A stretch of 52,655 nt of DNA, the filler included, from Sphacelaria rigidula (Eukaryota), in the NCBI GenBank assembly GCA_964200075.2. It is 4 parts of 4 records of this genome, joined end to end, with 100 filler letters (N's around TTAATTAATTAA, not from the genome) between each part and the next. Parts side by side here need not be neighbours in the genome. Positions count along the whole stretch, not along the records: positions 39,569 to 52,655 come from CAXNAA020003159.1; 3 more parts are not named here. One strand, given 5' to 3'. The notes under the pieces are model-generated. The model searched no databases. It was not told the origin of the DNA and was given only the letters and a program-made list of their open reading frames with translations. This document shows positions 50,101 through 52,655 of the stretch, piece after piece. Positions within the stretch are counted from its first letter, which is position 1. Each line of letters opens with the position of its first letter. Made by a program: the position numbers and the translations under genes.

Positions 50101-50330
50101 GTTCGCTAGACTCAGCTGCACCCACAGCTGCACCCACAACTGCATCCACAACTGCATCCACCTCCGGTGGCACGGTAGAAGGTCTTGCGACGCCCTCGCC
50201 GGCAGACGCTGGCGAAACGGGGGAGAGTGCGAGCAATGGGGCGGCTTTGTCCTTGGATATGACGCTAATGAGGGGTTCGGTGATGGGAATTTGCGCGCTG
50301 GTAGCTGCTGTAGGCGCGCTCGTGGCTTGA
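47137..50330 (+). CDS. Secreted cysteine-rich, Thr/Ala/Ser/Pro-stalked, putative GPI-anchored protein (~233 aa); exons 47137-47298, 48693-48859, 49958-50330
   Basis: GT-AG sites with matching phases (0, then 2); N-terminal signal peptide MRTSVFSAGLFFLIGASGRAEA; 10 Cys; TPAP/APT-rich stalk; ASNGA followed by hydrophobic C-terminus ICALVAAVGALVA*. Confidence 0.88.
47552..47818. mobile_element. MITE family M4, degenerate copy (intron 1)
   Basis: Interior aligns with 10019-10268 (gaatcgaaat, gagcagctggga, atgtcgccc, ttcgtgacagt); TIR tips lost. Confidence 0.75.
49087..49706. mobile_element. Tc1/mariner-type MITE (620 bp, intron 2) with internal ~60-bp inverted repeat
   Basis: TIRs CAGGCTGGGCCGC..AAGAAGC; TA left, TG right; internal arms ~49395-49457 and ~49593-49654. 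Confidence 0.78.
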
Positions 50331-52655
50331 TGACGCTAATCGGACAAGCCTAAAGGTTTGAGGTCACAGTGGTGACGGCCGGGAGTACCCTCTGTCCTAC
50401 GATTACCCGTACCCGTACCCGTACCCGTACACCTTGTTATATCCGGCATTAGGGGGTTCCAGTTGTGGGTTCACTGTGGTGTCCGTGAATAGTTCGTTCG
50501 CTCGCCGAGAGGTTGTCTGAAGCACGGTACAGAGTAGGCGGAGTGAGATGGTTATGCGTGACGGTTTTCGGTCAGGCGATGCTTTTTTTTGTCTCTTGGG
50601 CGAAGATGTCTGGCGCCAGTAAGGTTGACGATTGTCCCGTATTTTGTCGAATAGAAAAATTGTGAGCCGACTGAAGATAGTATACCGGCCGCCTGTCGGG
50701 TGGTTGCACGCGAGGGTTGAAGAAGCAACAAAAAGTACGGCTCATGTCGGGTCAGAGTGGGACGGGAAGCCACCCCCATTTTCTGAAGATGGATCTCGGG
50801 GACCATATGAAATGTTGTGTTGATGTTGATGTGTTTGTTGCTCGGGGGCATAGGGCATGCTGGTACAAACCTTTAGGTGGTGCAGGGATCGATGGCAATC
50901 TTGTTTGTTGACGAGATCCCGAGTGTTGTCTGTGGTGTTCCGGTGTGTTTTCTTTTGGTCATGCTCATGGAGGAAGTTGCAGGCGGCATGGTGGCTCCCT
51001 GTGTTCGCCTCGCGTTGCGCCGCCCACACTGTCAGCAGCATTTATGGGTAGTATTGGGTAGAATTCATTCACCTGGACGCTGAAATTTTGTTTTTTTGCT
51101 GAATTTGCGCATGAGTTTTTTGTGTTGACTTGTGTTTTTTTGCGTACAACCTTGCAAGTTCAATTGTTGTGCAGAATATTCTAGTTGCACTTTGTCCTGG
51201 ATTATCACTGCACCTGTACGGTTATATATTGGATTTTTAACTGTTGGAAAAAGTAGCGATCTTTGCGTACTTGTAAAATAATGGCAGCAGCGCGACCAAT
51301 TTCGACTTATCGCTGAAGTGGTGAATGCAACCTTTTTCGTGTGCCCTTGTGCATAACGCCTCAAAAGGGAAAGGTCTCATTCATTCAGCCTAGTTAGCCA
51401 CGTAGTGGGTGCGGATTATGTCTTGGTTTTGTGATGATTGAAATGGATGGTGCCCGTTAGCGGCAATATATGAGCCTCGTTTTCATTGGAAAGAAAAGAG
51501 GAGAAGGGCGCTATATTGCTGCCCGTCATTTGGTTTCGGGTACATGGTGTCTCTCGCACTTCGCGCTCTGAGGAAAAGAGTTGGTAGGGACCCTCAAACT
51601 GTTGTGCTGTTCGACACCTTGCATCTATCATATCATGATGGTCGCGGAAGGGCGGGAAAGATTGCGTGGTTGCAGCGCCAGTTGGACTGATAATATACAT
51701 GCTCCTCCCATGAATATTCGGAATCATTTTGATCGTGACCGGGATTGTGTAAAAACATTCATGAAGAAACAGTGAATCTTGCGGTGTGCTGCGTTTTTGT
51801 CATGTAGTCGTCCAGCCGAGGCTGGATAACTGTGTCTCTGGGGCATGTGTCATGATCCGCCACCTACTCTGATGGGTGTACAGTGAGAGAGGGACTGAAC
51901 AACTTGGGATGGGGGGCGGGAGTCATGATAAGTGATGCATTGTCAGATTTTGCGATGCCCTTCGGCGGAGCTTCATCATGTCCACCTATAAATGGTGTCC
52001 CTTGGGACGGATTGCCTCTGGGACAAAACGGTAGCAACCTTGGTTGTAGTGAGCGTTCTGTGAATCCATGGTCATGTATAGTTGAACTCTTGGATTGATT
52101 GTTGCGTAGTAATACATGAAATATGCAACAATGCCTCCGTGTAATTGAGAGAAAAGCGGTGATTGAGAGTGGGTTTGATTATTTGCTTCAATTCGATCAA
52201 TTTCTCATTCTCTGTGTGGTTTTCCTTTTCCGTAACACTGGGGTGAGCTTATAGCTACACGTCGATATCCTACTCGGGGATTCAAGGGTTTCAGTGACCA
52301 GCTACTACAGAAAACGTATCGGGCCTCCTGGAGGAGCATTTCGGAACCGAAACTTTTCATTGACTATTCGACCGCCCTTATCTCTCAATCGTTTCCTCTA
52401 CTCGCAATCTCACGAAAACACTGTTTTGAATGAAAATGATGTATTTTCTCGACGCTTTTCTTCGGCGTTCACCACATCGCTCATATCAACTTTTGACTAC
52501 TGCCAGTCCGCTCGCTGTCAAAATGCAGTTCATACCGTTCAGCGAACATAGCCAATGCGCGCGTGCATGAATAATTACAGTAGTCAGCGTCAGAAGTATG
52601 CAGAATCCGTAACTTCGTAGTTTCTCAGAGAGTGTCCAAATTTGTTTTGCTTGCC

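Overview
Eukaryotic, intron-rich and transposon-rich nuclear DNA, most likely from a brown alga (Phaeophyceae). The taxon is inferred from gene structure, a ciliary gene and repeat style, and is not proven. The window is not one locus. It consists of four contigs (1-13092, 13193-26280, 26381-39468, 39569-52655; lengths 13092, 13088, 13088, 13087) joined by identical artificial 44N-TTAATTAATTAA-44N linkers, so adjacency across linkers is meaningless. Contig 1 holds a decayed Ty1/copia retrotransposon (minus strand) with an unexplained ~2.8 kb downstream region, plus MITEs and a SINE. Contig 2 holds the 3' exons of a ZMYND10 (BLU)-like gene that appears to lack the MYND finger, and six exons of an ankyrin-like repeat gene with a GC-AG intron. 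Contig 3 holds a multi-exon, divergent ubiquitin-specific protease gene, truncated at the contig end. Contig 4 holds many MITEs and a complete 3-exon gene for a 10-Cys, Thr/Ala/Ser/Pro-stalked, probably GPI-anchored surface protein. Gene models were built by hand from splice sites and reading-frame continuity. I found no convincing multi-gene novel system; the best leads are listed under findings.
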